DNA from: Podarcis muralis
Taxonomy: Eukaryota
Direction: 5' to 3'
DNA: 64,000 bases
NCBI RefSeq assembly: GCF_964188315.1
Contig: NC_135671.1
Span: 38,006,001-38,070,000, forward strand
Every line of letters begins with the position of its first letter. Within the stretch, counting starts at the first letter, position 1. Under the pieces are notes generated by a model. It worked only from the letters and a program-made list of their open reading frames with translations. It searched no databases and was not told where the DNA came from. Below, in pieces: positions 12,553 to 25,923 of this stretch. A program made the translations under genes and the position numbers.

Positions 12553-15500
12553 CTAGCCCTGAAGTTTGAAAGTCTGATGCAGCCTTTCGGCCTGGTCCTT
12601 CAGTGCCTGGATCTCCTCCTGAATGAAATCAGTCAACGCTTTCCGCATCTCCACCTGCAAACACAAGGAGCCGTAGTCAGCAAGTCCATGCAACACACGC
12701 CAGCTCTCCGCCTACGTGCGGATGGGTACACCAGGAGCAGGTGTATCCCAAGAACTATTCCCCACCTCCAGTTCAAACAAATGCACAAGCCTGGGGCCCA
12801 ACCTAAGCCATCGTTTGGGATCTCAAAGACTCCTGACGCATAAATGATAAAATCATCATGCAGCTAAGGTGGACCAATTTATAAATCAGCCAGGTAGGCA
12901 AAGCTTGAGCCCCCCCCTCCCCAGTCTCTCCCATTCCCATCGATGCCAGCCTGAACTCATCATACCTTCAACAGCTGATAAATACTTCTGCTTCTCTTAG
13001 CAGATCAGTCTTACTTATTCCCATCATCGTTCTCCCACATCTAGAAAGACGGCTGTTGATTTCCAATTGTACTATAAAAAGGAATAGTCCCATGTTTCAG
13101 GGAATTACGGTATATGACAGCCACAATGGTTGTGTTTTGCCTCCACTGCCAGAGGTATTATGCCTCTGAATACCAGTTGCTGAGAATGGCAGGTGGGCAG
13201 AGTCCTGTTGCACTCATGGCATCTGGCCACCCACTGTGCGAACAGATTGGTGCCCTAGATGGGCCACTGGGCTCTTTTTATGTTCTTATGAAAGGCAAAC
13301 ATAAGAAGCAGGCTTGGCACACAGTCTTCCCTCATTGGGGGGAAATCTGTAACTGCTCATCCCTGCAAGGCCCCCTGTTTTACTAGTGCCCAACTCTATG
13401 AGAATGAACCTTAAGGATGAATCCAGCTCTGAACCCAGCAGTGCAGTATGTCAAGCCCTTAACGATCAGCCATCCTATTTCTTCCCTACTTTGCACTCAC
13501 CGCTGATTTGTTCTCTGCCCGCAGGTGCTCCAGCAGCGGACGGGCACTGAATGGCTTCCCAATTAGCACGGTGATCTTCTGTAACAAGAAGAAAAGGCAG
13601 CATGAGCAAACTGGTAACAAGGGAGGCAAATGGCTTCACTTGCACAAGTCTTCAACTTGCTGGTGACTTAGAATCCCCTGCCACTCCCATCTGCAATGCT
13701 AGGAGCGCCTCTTCCCACCTCCAACACTCACCTGCCCAGCACGGGGCACGTATGGGGGTGCATTGGGGAGTACATCGTTCATTCCTAGGGAGATGGAGCG
13801 GGGAAAACAACAACACAAACAGTTAGTCTTGATCCCAGCCCCATCATAAGCCATATATATATATAATGACAAAATGGAATAGGATTCCTGTGTATCTGTA
13901 CAGAAGGGATCATTTTAGCAGGACCTGAAAAGAGCCTCCACTACTAAATTCATAGCATTCCATGTGGATTATGCAAGTAGGTTAGACATACTGCCTATTC
14001 AGACAAAGTAGAAATTGACATGTGTTTAAATTCTTTTCTTTTTTTTAATACCTGGCTTTAACAGTTTTTATGTTTGTAAGATTTTACCAAAGATAAAAAA
14101 ATAAAAATCATGTGCTAGATAAATGTTGGAGTTGTGTGTGGAGCCCCGGCTCACTCAGCAGCGGCAGAGCAGAAAATTGGGAGAGGCTCCTCCCACTTCA
14201 GAGAACAAGGTTTAAATAGAGCTACCTCTGGAAGTAGATGGGAGGAGTTACTTGTTCCAGGGTACCCTCCAGCATCAAGTGAGAAGAAAAGGTCATGTTG
14301 GTTTTTCAAAACCCATTCCTGCATCCTGAATCTCAATATTCTCACTAAACTACTTCTGAAATACAAAATGTTGGTTTGGAAAGTAAGATGGAGAGCTAGT
14401 TTGTGTCACATTCTGCCAGCCTTCCTTGTGCACACTTTGGGCATTGCCTTTGGAAGCCCCCTTGGGTGGGAAATCTGGTACCTGCCAAAATCAACCTTTC
14501 TACACAGATCTTAAAGGAACACAAGTGTCCTATTCCACCAGAAATCTGAGAACCCTTATATCTTCTACCTATGCCATTGCCACCTGCCTAACATCAGACC
14601 TCGTCCCTCTCCTGATTCAGGTCTCACCTACATGCCAGAGTGGCAGTATAATGGGGTGAAGGCGGCATTCAGCCAGAAGACGCCCAATGCCTGGAAGAAA
14701 TAAGAGGAAGGGGAGTTAGAGAGGATGAAATGGTCCCAGAATGCTCCTCTCCTACTATAAAATACCTACCCCATTTGAAGCGCATGAATTCCTGAGTCAT
14801 GTTTACTTTGCCTGGAAGAGGAAGATGGAGAACAGTTAGGGCAACTGGTGGGCAGTGTAGGTTAGCCTCTGAAGCAAGCAATATCACCACCACACCTATA
14901 TCCCAGTATGCTCACAGAACCACTTCCAAGTATTGCTACCTACCTTCTGGGAACACGTGAACCCAGTCTCCATGGTTGAGCTTCTCAAGAATGTAGTCCA
15001 TGCCTTTCTGATAGACTCCATCTCCTGCAGGAAGAATGAACAGATTAATGGCAGTTCAATCCCACATGGAGGGCTCATGCAGCCCTAACCAGAACATTCT
15101 CTCACCATGCCTAGACAAGTCATAAGCATTGAAAAGAAAACAGATTTTTGCCTTTAAGAGTGATGCTTAATAAGAACCCTTTTCATTTGCAAGGCAATTA
15201 AAAATCTCTTTCTTCACAGGATCCTTGTTGATAAGCCACTATTATTCCCATTTTACACATGTCAGCTGGAAAATAGAGGCTGGGAGAAATGGAGGCACAA
15301 GGCTTCAAACTGAGTAAGTGAATTACTTCTCAGGCCTGGATTTGGTACAGCTGTCCATGGCCCAAGCCTTGTCTGGGCAACCACCCCATTTATAACCCAA
15401 GAGCTGCTTGCCTGCCCCATGTCTATTAAGCAAACCATCTGCTTACCACGACAGACAGGTACACATCGCCCAAGGCTGAAGAAACGGGAATGCAGCTCCT

Positions 15501-17630
15501 TGGTGAAGCAGATGTCTGCAGCTGTTGGGGTCCTGAGAGAGCACAGAGACTGTTAAAACCACGTCACAACATGCTCAGCCAAGTTTTCATCTGGGCTCTC
15601 CAAAACCTTGGGAGCTCAAACTGAATATGATGGGCAGCCCCACAAACACCTAGGAGCTTTTAGTTTTATATATTCAGTTTGTATACTGCCCTATCCCTGT
15701 AGATCTCAGCTCGTTCCTTCCTCACAGGGAATAACCACCTTTCCCAATACTTACCAGCGCATCTTCTGCAAGTTCCAGACGTGCCGTAATTTCAGGATCC
15801 CTGGGGGAGGCACAACTATATTAATACAGGGAACAATCCAAATTAAATCTACCATAGCTAATGCAGGAAAATGTTGCATGCACAGGGGGTCAGGCTTGGG
15901 GTTCATCCTTAAGAAAGACAGGTTAAGCCTCCTTCATGAAGGTCCTAAGGGAGTGGGTGGGGGGAGCACCCATTCTTGCCCACAGTGCTCCAGACCTCAG
16001 GAAGGTGAATGGCCTGGTCTCTCAAACTGAAGAAAAAAGCAATACCTTCCCCTTCCCATCCACCAGGTGGCAGCACTTCCCTTCTAGTACCCTACCCCAC
16101 AGATGTGGATCATCCATGCAGGACTGGTGGTTGCAGACCGTCAAAAGAGGGATGCCTTCCTGGCGCTTCTCAATAAGCTCATACAGTACTTCTTTGTTAT
16201 GGACATTCAGCTGGTTCATATACCCTGAAAGTGGGAGAGCAAAATGACAGCTCAGTGACAGCAAAGAGAGTGTAGAGAGAAAGGCTGAGGAGTTCCTAGG
16301 CTCGAATTCAGACTGGAGCAAGATAGATCGCTCTGTCTAGGTTCCCAGTGCTCTAGCTAGCCATTAATAACAATGAATAGCGGCAATAATTTGTGGCTTT
16401 CCATAGTTAGCAGTCATATGGCAGTTTTGAGCAAAGCATTAGGTAAATGTAAAGGTAAAGGACCCCAAGACGGTTAAGTCCAGTCAAAGCATTACACACA
16501 GTTCACATAGGAAGCTGCCTTGGTATTGGCTACACAGACTGGAAGCAGAACTGTCTGGTTCCTGGGTTCAGGGATCTTTCCCAGACATGCCTGGAGATGC
16601 CAAGGTTTGAACACTCTGCATTCGAAGTGCAAGCTGCCCCACTGAGATGCACACATTGTTTTGCTGCAACAACCTTGAAACAACCTTGCAAGGTCAATAT
16701 TGTTACATCCACCATTGCCAGAGTGCTAGTAGTGGATGGGTTGCCAAAAGATACCTAGCGAGCTCTTGGCAGAGATGAGCTACAACAGCTCTCATTAGGG
16801 GCATCGGGGAGAAATGGGGAAAACAGAAGACCTAGCTTAATACAAGGCCTGGCTCCTGGGTTCTGGTGGCCCTCAGGCAAGACTGAGTGGCTATAAAGAA
16901 GAGGGAGAGGCCAAGATGTGTAAACCAATGGAGCACACGGACAGCTCCGTCACTGGCTTTGAGGCAGAAGTGGCCTCAAAACTCTCCTCTGGCTGTACCA
17001 CTTCCGAGCCCTGCTTTTCACCCTGCTTCCAGAGAGATTTTGTCTCTTGCTTGCCTTGTGTAGAAGCCTCTGGTTTCTGCTCAGGTGAAACGTAACCTAT
17101 TACACAAAGGCAAGAATCCTCTCTCTTGTTCCACCCACTTTGCTTCTGGCTCCACCCACCCATATGACCCCCAGAAGTTTGCCCAAGAGACAATTTGGCC
17201 CTCAGGTGAAAATAGGTTCCCCACCCCCACCCTATGCCCACCCCGTCACTAATCTAGTTCTGATCCCAAGAGCTCAGTCTCCATTTCCCTGCCCAGCAGA
17301 AGTGAGTCAAAACCTCGGGATCCCCTCCACTTCTACATATTCTAAGGAATCTCCCCATGTCTTCCTGAGCTCCAGGCACAGCATGAGTCTCTTGTACTGC
17401 TGCAGTCTTCCAGGGAGCCTAAATGGCAATGCCGTCAAGCATTTCTGCATACCCTGCCAGGAACTCTTTTTGTCCCTTTTGTGACACTAGCTGTGTAGGG
17501 GCAGAAGTTACAGGTACTCACTGGTCCAGAAGCAGCTGTAGGTGCCCACCAAGCCCATGACCACCCTGCTGGCCAAGGTCCAGGGCAGATGTGGGGCCCG
17601 GGGAAAGGGCCATTTCACCTCAAGGGGCAT
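12553..17630 (-). CDS. TAFAZZIN: Tafazzin (cardiolipin transacylase), complete, 262 aa
   Basis: Ten coding exons: 17522-17630, 16096-16224, 15755-15800, 15447-15532, 14944-15024, 14770-14811, 14628-14690, 13732-13784, 13501-13578, 12553-12654 (789 nt). [10 protein letters not shown]..., NHQSCMDDP (HX4D acyltransferase motif), FPEGKVN, ...[33 protein letters not shown]. Confidence 0.98.
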
Positions 17631-19182
17631 CTTCCCATCCCTGGCAATCCTTGAGGTAAGAGTGTCAGCTGTCCCTGCCAAAGAGAACAGCAGATTGCTT
17701 TGCAACCTATCACATTTGCCTACGGCTCTTGGTATGTAGTCCTCTCCCCTGCCAAGAAGGTTGTGTTGCAACTTGCAGGTGGAGCCACCACATCCTGCCG
17801 TCTAACCTCTGCCTGAGGGCTGTCACCACATTTAAAAAAAGAAAAAAGTGATGAGGCTAAACAACAGGATTATGCAGAACAGTGCAATGATGAGAAACAG
17901 AGAGGTTGCAACTGAAGTTACCTGGGCCAACCCTATAGAAATTGAGAAACTGCTGTTGCAAGTCCACACCCAGCAAAAACTATTACTAAAGCACCTCCGT
18001 TGTGTTGTTTTACCCCAGATCTAGAAAAATTTGAGGTGGAGGTGTGAAAGGGTGGCAAAGACCACTAGTTAGTGGTGCAGGGATTTTACTATACACATTA
18101 AATACAAATATACTGTGAATGAAAGCTTGGAGAGAAGTGGTAATTTTGAGAAGTATTTTGAGGGAATGCCTTCTTTCCACCCGTCATCCCTGATGCACCC
18201 ATTCTTTTTTAAATTGGTCCTCTAATCAGAGGAGCAATCTGAGCAACACAAACTCAAGAAATGGCTCTCAAATGTTTTAGGTGGGTATTTATTGCACTTT
18301 TGTTCGTATTTATTTATTTCACTTCTTGATTGTAGAAAAACCTTTAAGTGGTTTACAAAAAGAACAGTACAATAGAACTATTTTTTTAAAAAATAAAACA
18401 TACAAAAAGTAAAAACCAGGAATAAACTAAAAACACATCAGAATTCTAGAAATCTAGGTAATTTCTTTTGTGAGCCGAATCTTCTTCCCCTGTGTGCATA
18501 CAGAGGTGTAACGAAAGATGCACCAAATCCCTCAGTCGTCCTCTCCCTTCCTACCAGCCTTCACCTCCTTTTCTTGCAGCAAGCAGGCAGGCAGCCACCC
18601 GGAGCCCACCGCTCCCCACCTGCGCCCCGATACCCTCCCACATCTCTCCCATGGAAAGAGGGACATCCTAAAGCAGCATGTCCAGAGTCCACTTTGGGGA
18701 CCTAATCCGGTCCGCCGGTCGGTTTAATCCGGTCCCTGTGGCAGTTCATCTCCTGGGGTAAAATCTTTAAAAAGCTCAATCTTAAAAACAACTTTGGTCG
18801 GGGCCTCACGCATGTTCACTTCATCAAATCTGGCCGTCTATGAAAAAAGTTTGGACCCCCCCCCCCGTCCTAAGGGAACATTCCTAAGGGACGTTCCGGG
18901 ATGAAATCGGAAGCCTAGCTCGGCTTCTCTCCATCAGGGGCGCCCCTGGAGAAGAGGGAGGGTCTGCGCGCCCCTTTCCGACCTTTGCCTTGGCGCCTCT
19001 TTCTCTCTCTCTCTGCCTGGGGGTCTGGGAGCCCCTTTCCCCCGCCCTTCTCTACCAAGCAGCCTCTGCCGGCCGGTTTCCGCCGGGGGAGGCGGGTGCC
19101 AGACGGAGATGCCAGACGCCGGGAATGAAGCGGGAGGCAAGCGGCGCCTCCTCCCCGCTTCTCCCCATTGCACCCCACTCAC

Positions 19183-19560
19183 CTCCTGCTAGCTGCCTTC
19201 AAACTCCTCTTCTTTCTTATCGCGGCGAGAAAGAAGTAGCTCGGCCCCAAAGCGCCCCAGTTTTGCAAACTCTCTTCCCACGTAAATATTTTTTAATTAT
19301 TTATTTATTTTTATTTTAATAAAAGAGGCGTAATCCGAAACAGAGGGTCGTAAAGCGTTCTCGGACACTTAGCGGCCGTGAACTGTCGCAAAAGGCTACT
19401 CGAGTGACACGCACGCTTTCCGGCAAGGCCTCGGAACCGGATGGTGGTTCAGAGTGACGCGCACGATCGGAGCTTCCGCTAAATGTTGATGGCAGCAGTG
19501 TCGCTCTACCCCGTGGCATCTCTATGGTGGATCCCCTATTCGCCTCGCCTTGCGAGTTAA
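19183..19560. promoter_or_regulatory. Divergent CpG promoter region: TAFAZZIN non-coding first exon (minus) and possibly the BED/hAT gene (plus)
   Basis: CpG-rich ~18880-19560; minus-strand donor GAG|GTGAGT at 19183/19182; pyrimidine-rich acceptor ~40 nt upstream of the TAFAZZIN ATG; ETS-type CCGGAA/TTCCG motifs 19330-19480. Confidence 0.6.
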
Positions 19561-20542
19561 AAGTGGGAAATGCAGTATCCTGCTTTAATTTAGTGAGGAA
19601 TAATCACGAATAATGAACCTCCTCCCGCCTTGGTTTTATGATACGAGTGGAGAACTCCGGCATTTTGAAAGAGAAACAGAAACAGACAGAAAAGGCTTTT
19701 GTTCTTAGATTAGGAACTTCCTCATGAGTTAAAAAAGAGCTGGCTGAGCTCGCTTAAAACATGCTGCCCCCCCTTTCATATAAGCATATTGTATTCCTTA
19801 TCTCTCTCTGCGTGGTGCACATATATTTTAAATGGGAGCAAACACAATATTCCATGTGCAATGTCCCTATATTTGGCGCCCTTTAACAGCGCGATCCTAT
19901 ACATTTTACTCAAAGGGACTTGCTTTGTTTCAGGAGACTCGCGGCGAAATCCTGGTGCACGTTTTCAAAGAAGTCCTACTGAGCTACTCCCAGAAAAGCG
20001 TGCATAGAATTGCAACCTTTATTTAATGTAATAGATCACTGAATATTACTTTGTTTTGCATGTTGTTTATTTCAAGTCATAACTTTGACTTGTATCGGAT
20101 CGGATTTGTTATAAGATGTGCGACCTTTGCTGTATGTGTTGTTGCTTTTTCAGCTTGTAAAGCGCCTTGTGTATAGCAACACAGAAAGGTGATATGCAAA
20201 TAAAAAGTGATGATGGCGATTCATAACTGAATCTCATCTCGCCACGTGCAAATCCTTTTCCCTGTGGAAATGCGTTGAAGCCGAAAGCGTGACTGGATGC
20301 AGCTCGTGAGCATCAAAACGGCAGCTAAAGCAAAGAATGGTCTCTCTTATTGTGAAGGAGAAAAACAAACGCACCGGCGTGAAACGTTTGGCAAAGGACT
20401 ACATTTCCCAGCAGCCGCATTAGGGTTGACGCATGCCCTCGCGGGGCTAGAAGCCCTCTCCAGGTGGCCGCCGAAGGCTTCCCCGTGTCCCGGTTCCCAT
20501 TCATCAGTCCCGGAGCCGTGCACGACCTCGGGAGCCGCCGGC

Positions 20543-23500
20543 ATGTCTTCTTCTGCAGCCGCGGAACCCGAGAGCAAAGCGCTGCCCATCGTCGTGAGGA
20601 CGTACTTCTCCGAGGTCGTGGAAGACGACGGGAACTTCATCCAGGCGGTTTGCAGCCTGTGCAGGCACAAGAGGAAGACCATCCGAGGGCAGCACAAGGC
20701 GCCATCCAATTTCACCAAGCACGTGCAGGTACAGAATGGCAGCAAAGGGCCACTACGCATTCGCACGTGAGCCAGCCCGATTTGCAGAAAGGTTTGAGAT
20801 TAGCGATCCGGGAGCCCCCGTGGGCACGACCGGCATGTAGACTCCCCGTGCAATCGTGCAAAAGGGATGGCGGCTCAGGTGCTCTGTGCGCTTTAGGGCC
20901 GCTTATTATGCTCAGGAGCGCTTTGCCGTTATTAGCCACCCACCCGGCCGGCAGCATCTTGTTTCGGACCCCGATGTCGCCTGGTTCGAGTGCGCGTGTT
21001 CAATAGATCAGCGCGTCCTCAATAGATCAGATTCAGGCCATGGCCCTCCTGCAGTTGCTAATCTCTACCCTTATGGCTGGAACAGGGATGTGGCTCTCCA
21101 GGTGTTGTTGGACTACTTTTATCAGCCCCAAGCCAACATGACCAGTGAGTGGTCAAGCATGGTGGGAGCTGTAATCCAGCAAGATCTGGAGAGCCACAAG
21201 TTCCCTGACCCCAGGCTAAACAAAGACTATTCTGCATTGCAAGGAGTGGAGTCTGGACTCTTACATCACCTGATTCCACAAATCGTGGTTGACCTCTCCA
21301 GTCCTCAAGGATCCTAGTCTTGGACTGGAGAAGGGATAGCACATCACGTTGGAGAACCACATCAAAATATTTTCAGTGCATATTTTCATACACATCAAAT
21401 GCCAAACTACAGCAGATAAATTTATTGCCTTTAGGATGATCTTACTTTAAAATAATAATCATGAAATAGGAGATGCTTAGAACGTAAGAAGAATCTTGCA
21501 GGGATAGGGAAGCTGTGGACTTCCAAGTGTTGTTGAACCACAGCTCCCATCATCCCTGACCACCGGCCAAGGTGGCTGAGGGTGATGAGAGTTTGACAAC
21601 CTCTGGAGGGTCACTGGTCCCATCATCACATGTTTTAGTGGCTCCAGCCAAAGGTCCATAGGAAACCATCATTCTGTTTGGGAAGGCCTGCTAGATGCTT
21701 CAGGAAAGGTCATAAGATGAGTGGGAAAGTACCCACCCCCAATTTTTTATGCCCAGCATTTGGTATTTAGAGATATACTGCCTCTGAATATGTTGATTCT
21801 AATCGGTTGTCATAGCTAAGAGACTTTGCAAAAAGCATAATTTAAAATCAGATGTATTATAAAAAGAATTTATTTTTACTTAAAATTAATTTTTAGCAAG
21901 GTTAGTGGATCCTTTTGCTTCTTTGCTTTTTTTCGTTTAGCAATTTGGCAGCATTCTTGCAAATTTCTCTGTAAGGTTATGGAGACTGGATATTTTAAAA
22001 GAAAAATAAAGGGGCTTGATTTGACTAATGGGTGGACATCCACATAAGGACTCTGCCAGTGCAATGGGACTTTCCTCCCCATTGCAACCCCCATTGGCTT
22101 AGGTTGGGATTGGGAGAATCCCCAGAACAGCACATGGGATGTGGTGGGAGGAGAGGGGAGTTGATTCCATCAAGCACGCAGAAATGTTTGTGCTGATCTC
22201 CTTAGTGCTATGTTAAATTCCTCCCAATATCTGTGAGATCCTGACTCCACAGGTCACTGAGCAATTCATCAGGTCTGTCAGTACTTTTGCATGTGACAAG
22301 CATTTATATATTTCTGTATGATTCCCATAATAATTTCTATATCATATAGCACTGACTGAAATATTTCTCTGTTGTAGAGAATCCATGGAGAAAAATATCT
22401 GAAGCTGATGCACAAAAGGAAGAATATCCATTGCAAACAAATTGGTAGTGGCATGTTAAAAGTTTCTGAGAAAATTCCAAAATACAGTGAGCCTCATTGG
22501 GACCCTTACTCACAGTACCAGCTCTGTGATCAGTCTTTATCCAAAGAAAACCTGGATCAACTAATTCTCAATTTTCTCATCACTGATATGCTTCCCTTGT
22601 CAATTGTTGACGGAAGTGGCTTCCACACTTTGATTAAAGGGATTATTCCCAGTGCCGCAGTCACTTCTACAGAAACCTTACGGAACAACCTTGCAAGACA
22701 GTATTCCCTGGTTCTTGAAAAAATTAAAAGGAAATTGGACTCAGTTTCTTATGTTTGTACAACTGCAGATGTGTGGATGCATCAGGGGCAAAGTTATGTG
22801 GGTGTCACATGCCACTGGATCAATTCAGCTACCTTGGCAAGAGAATCTGCTGCCTTGAGCTTCCGACGCTTTCCTGGGCCGTGTTCATACAGCAAGCTTG
22901 CTTCTGTGCTGACTGAGATCCATTCGCAGTATGATTTGGACTCCACAAAAATAACACACATTGTCACGGACAACAGGAACCATTTCCAGAAAACCTTTCA
23001 GCTGTTCTCTGGACCCAAAGAGCAGCTGGAGGATAGCTTCGACCAGCAAGAGGGGAGTGATGGGGAGAAGCAAGTGAATCCCCCGGATGCTGATGCCTGT
23101 GTCAACGTGCGCATTTATGAAGCCTTGTCAAGTGACACTGTTGATTCTTCTGACCTCTTCTACTTGCCACCCCGCGTGGCCTGCTTTTCCTGCACGCTCA
23201 GCTTTGTGGCTGCGACAGCTACTTCCAGAGCACTGGCCTCCAACCCTCCATACAGGCACCTTTTCCAAAGCGTGGCAAGCAAATGTTGTGCTTTAAGGAA
23301 TGTTTCCCAAGATAGCCTGAAAAATGCAGAGCTTGTTAATTACGCCCTCGGAAAGTCTCTCTCCAAACCGGCCTCCATATGGAATTCTGAGTTTGACAGC
23401 TTTTGCCGCATATACGACATGCGTGGCACGGTGAATCTCATAATGGCCTGCCTCCAGCTTCCAAAATTTACCAACCTGGAGCTGGAGTTCTTAGGGGAGT

Positions 23501-24186
23501 GGTTGGAGGTGATGTCTCCGATTGCTACAGCACTTGACAAACTTCAGACAGAAGAGGCCATCGAGTCTTTCTGCGGTGCTGTCCTGCCAATGGTGCTTGT
23601 GTTAAACAGCCGACTTGAGTCGGTGTCTCCAAAATACACTTCTTGCCTGGCAGATGCACTGAAGGAGGAGCTTCAGAAGCAGTTTGGGCACATGCTGACC
23701 TTTGACACAGCCGTAAGTAGTAAAAATACAAAGCCACTAGTCATTGCTTCTGTATCACATCCATTTTTTAAATTGCGTTGGCTGCAAAGTCAAGATGATA
23801 AGAAAATTGCTCAGGAGCTTTTCTTACGGGAGCTGCTCCGCTGTGACACTCTGTCGTCGAAGGCTGACAGTCAAGCCGCAGCAATGAAAGCTGCCGATGA
23901 TTTTTATGGCTTTGATGATCAGGGGGTGGCGGCAGCTGAGTCCGCATTAAGGAATATTGGGGTGCAGTTCCTCAACGATCCATCGCATGAGCTGAGGCAA
24001 CTGAAAAGATACCCAGCCATCGCCAAGCTTTTTATCAAGTTCAACACCACTCTGCCAAATTCTGCTCCTGTAGAAAAACTGTTCTGCCACAATGGACCAA
24101 TCCTGGGACCCAAAATGGCCTCCCTTCAGGATGATGTGTTAGAGATGATGATGATGTTGCAGAAAAATTCCCAGTTTCTTGTATGA
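20543..24186 (+). CDS. BED zinc-finger / hAT (Tol2-like) transposase-derived protein, 2 coding exons, 664 aa; candidate domesticated gene
   Basis: Exon 20543-20728 (MSSSAAAE..CSLC..PSNFTKHVQ|gtacag) joins in phase 0 to 22378-24186 (ttgtag|RIHGEKY..), completing C-x2-C-x19-H-x4-H. hAT motifs TTADVW, GVTCHWI, IVTDN, WNS, EWLEVMSPIATALDKLQ, NTTLPNSAPVEKLF. No stops. An in-frame upstream ATG exists at 20297. Confidence 0.9.
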
Positions 24187-25100
24187 TACGTGTCCATAGA
24201 GCAGTGGCCTAGCGTCAACATGGTGCCCTCCATATGTTGTTGGACAGCAACTCTCATACTCATCTCTAACCATTGGTCATACTGGCTGGAGCTGAAGGAG
24301 TCCCAACAATGACTGGAGTGCCACAGGCTCCCACACCACTGCTCTGCAGCCCAGTTTTTCCACATGTTCCACCTTCAGAAAAACTCTTTCCATGTTGCTC
24401 CTTCTGCTGAGGCACCAATGAAACTGTCACATCACTCCTATGCATTGCAGAGTGTTTGGGGGTATGTTCCAGGGTGCATACTCAGGGATGGCTCAAGAAA
24501 GGTGCTGTTGTTGCTGCTGCTGTTGCTGTATTAAGCAGTGTAGGTGTGATGGGCTACAGGGACTCGCCAGTAACTTGCCAGTACCTTGCCCTTAAGTAGA
24601 CCCCAGTCCCTACCACCAAGCAATGACAAGGCAATGAATCCTGAGGAGGCCATGTTTGCTCTCCTTGCTTGGAGACTCCACTTGTGCTAGAAGGGGCATG
24701 GTAGCTCTCGTTCATCTGCTTGATGGGAGAGAAGGAGTACTTGGAGGATATAAAGCCACAGGGAGAGGGAGGAGGGGCAGTGGAGGGCCAGAGAACAGGC
24801 TGGACTACCTAGGCATCTAAGAGGGCTCTCACACAAATAAGGGTGGCTTGGCCCATACTCCCTTGCCAGATGCCTTCTGCAATCTTGCTGAGTTTTCCTC
24901 AGACAGTTGCCCAGTGCGCCTGCATGGTGAGGGCCAGACCTGTGTCCACTCAGTTCATGCTGAGCACTGGACAAGCTTGTTGGCTTTCGTACAAACTTGG
25001 TTTGAAATTTGCTGCTTTGAACTGTATTCTTTTGATAAATATTTTACACTCTCTTTTACGAAAGCGTAGCGTTGATTAAGTGACGTATACATTTTGTTAA

Positions 25101-25106
25101 AATAAA
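25101..25106 (+). terminator. Probable polyadenylation signal of the BED/hAT gene
   Basis: AATAAA ~915 nt after the stop codon. Confidence 0.55.
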
Positions 25107-25463
25107 AGAAAACATTTCCATGGTCATGAACTGACGGTGCACCCTGAAGTCCCCTCTGACTGTATATTGCACAGGAAGATCATCAGCAATAAGGAAGTTG
25201 CCTTTCGCGGCAGCTTTTCCACCCTTCCTGATCTTACCAAGAACCTCTTATGAGAGGAACTCAGAAGCTTGAGACTGCCATTCGGGAGTCTGGCTTCTCA
25301 AATGCAGCCAAGGCGACTCCATGAGGTTACAAGGAGCTTTAGATGTGGTGACACCTAGTTTGCTCTGTTTATCTTGTGGCATGTTACTTTAGTGTGGGGC
25401 CTCCCCTCTGGCCACAAGTAAAGGCCAGTCTGAGAACTGCTGCTGTAGAGAGATGATATAGAA

Positions 25464-25692
25464 TAGGGGTCAGCAACCTTTTTCAGCCGTGGGCTGGTCC
25501 ACCATCCCTCAGACCATGGGGGGGGGGGATGAACGAATTCCAATGCCCCACAAATAACCCAGAGATGCATTTTAAATAAAAGGACACATTCTACTCATGT
25601 AAAAACAAGCTGATTCCTGGACCATCCGTGGACCGGATTGAGAAGGCGATTGGGCCGCATCTGGCCCCCGGGCCTTAGGTTGCCTGCCCTTG
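25464..25692. mobile_element. hAT-Charlie-like MITE
   Basis: TAGGGGTCAGCAACCT..AGGTTGCCTGCCCTTG termini; related sequence at ~18690-18872. Confidence 0.6.
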
Positions 25693-25697
25693 ATATA

Positions 25698-25923
25698 CAG
25701 TGGTACCTCGGGTTACATATGCTTCAGGTTACAGACTCCGCTAATCCAGAAATAGTACCTTGGGTTAAGAAGTTTGCTTCAGGATGAGAACAGAAATCGT
25801 TCTCCGGCGGCCCGGCAGCAGCAGGAGGCCCCATTAGCTAAAGTGGTGCTTCATGTTGAGAACAGTTTCAGGTTAAGAACAGACCTCCAGAAAGAATTAA
25901 GTACTTAAGCCGAGGTACCACTG
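25698..25923. mobile_element. Same MITE family, copy 3 (opposite orientation to copies 1-2)
   Basis: TA|CAGTGGTACCTCGGG..GAGGTACCACTG|TA. Confidence 0.85.

Noticed and set aside
15025-15446. No equivalent of human TAFAZZIN exon 5
   Set aside because: That exon is known to be primate-specific; the 262-aa form is the expected state
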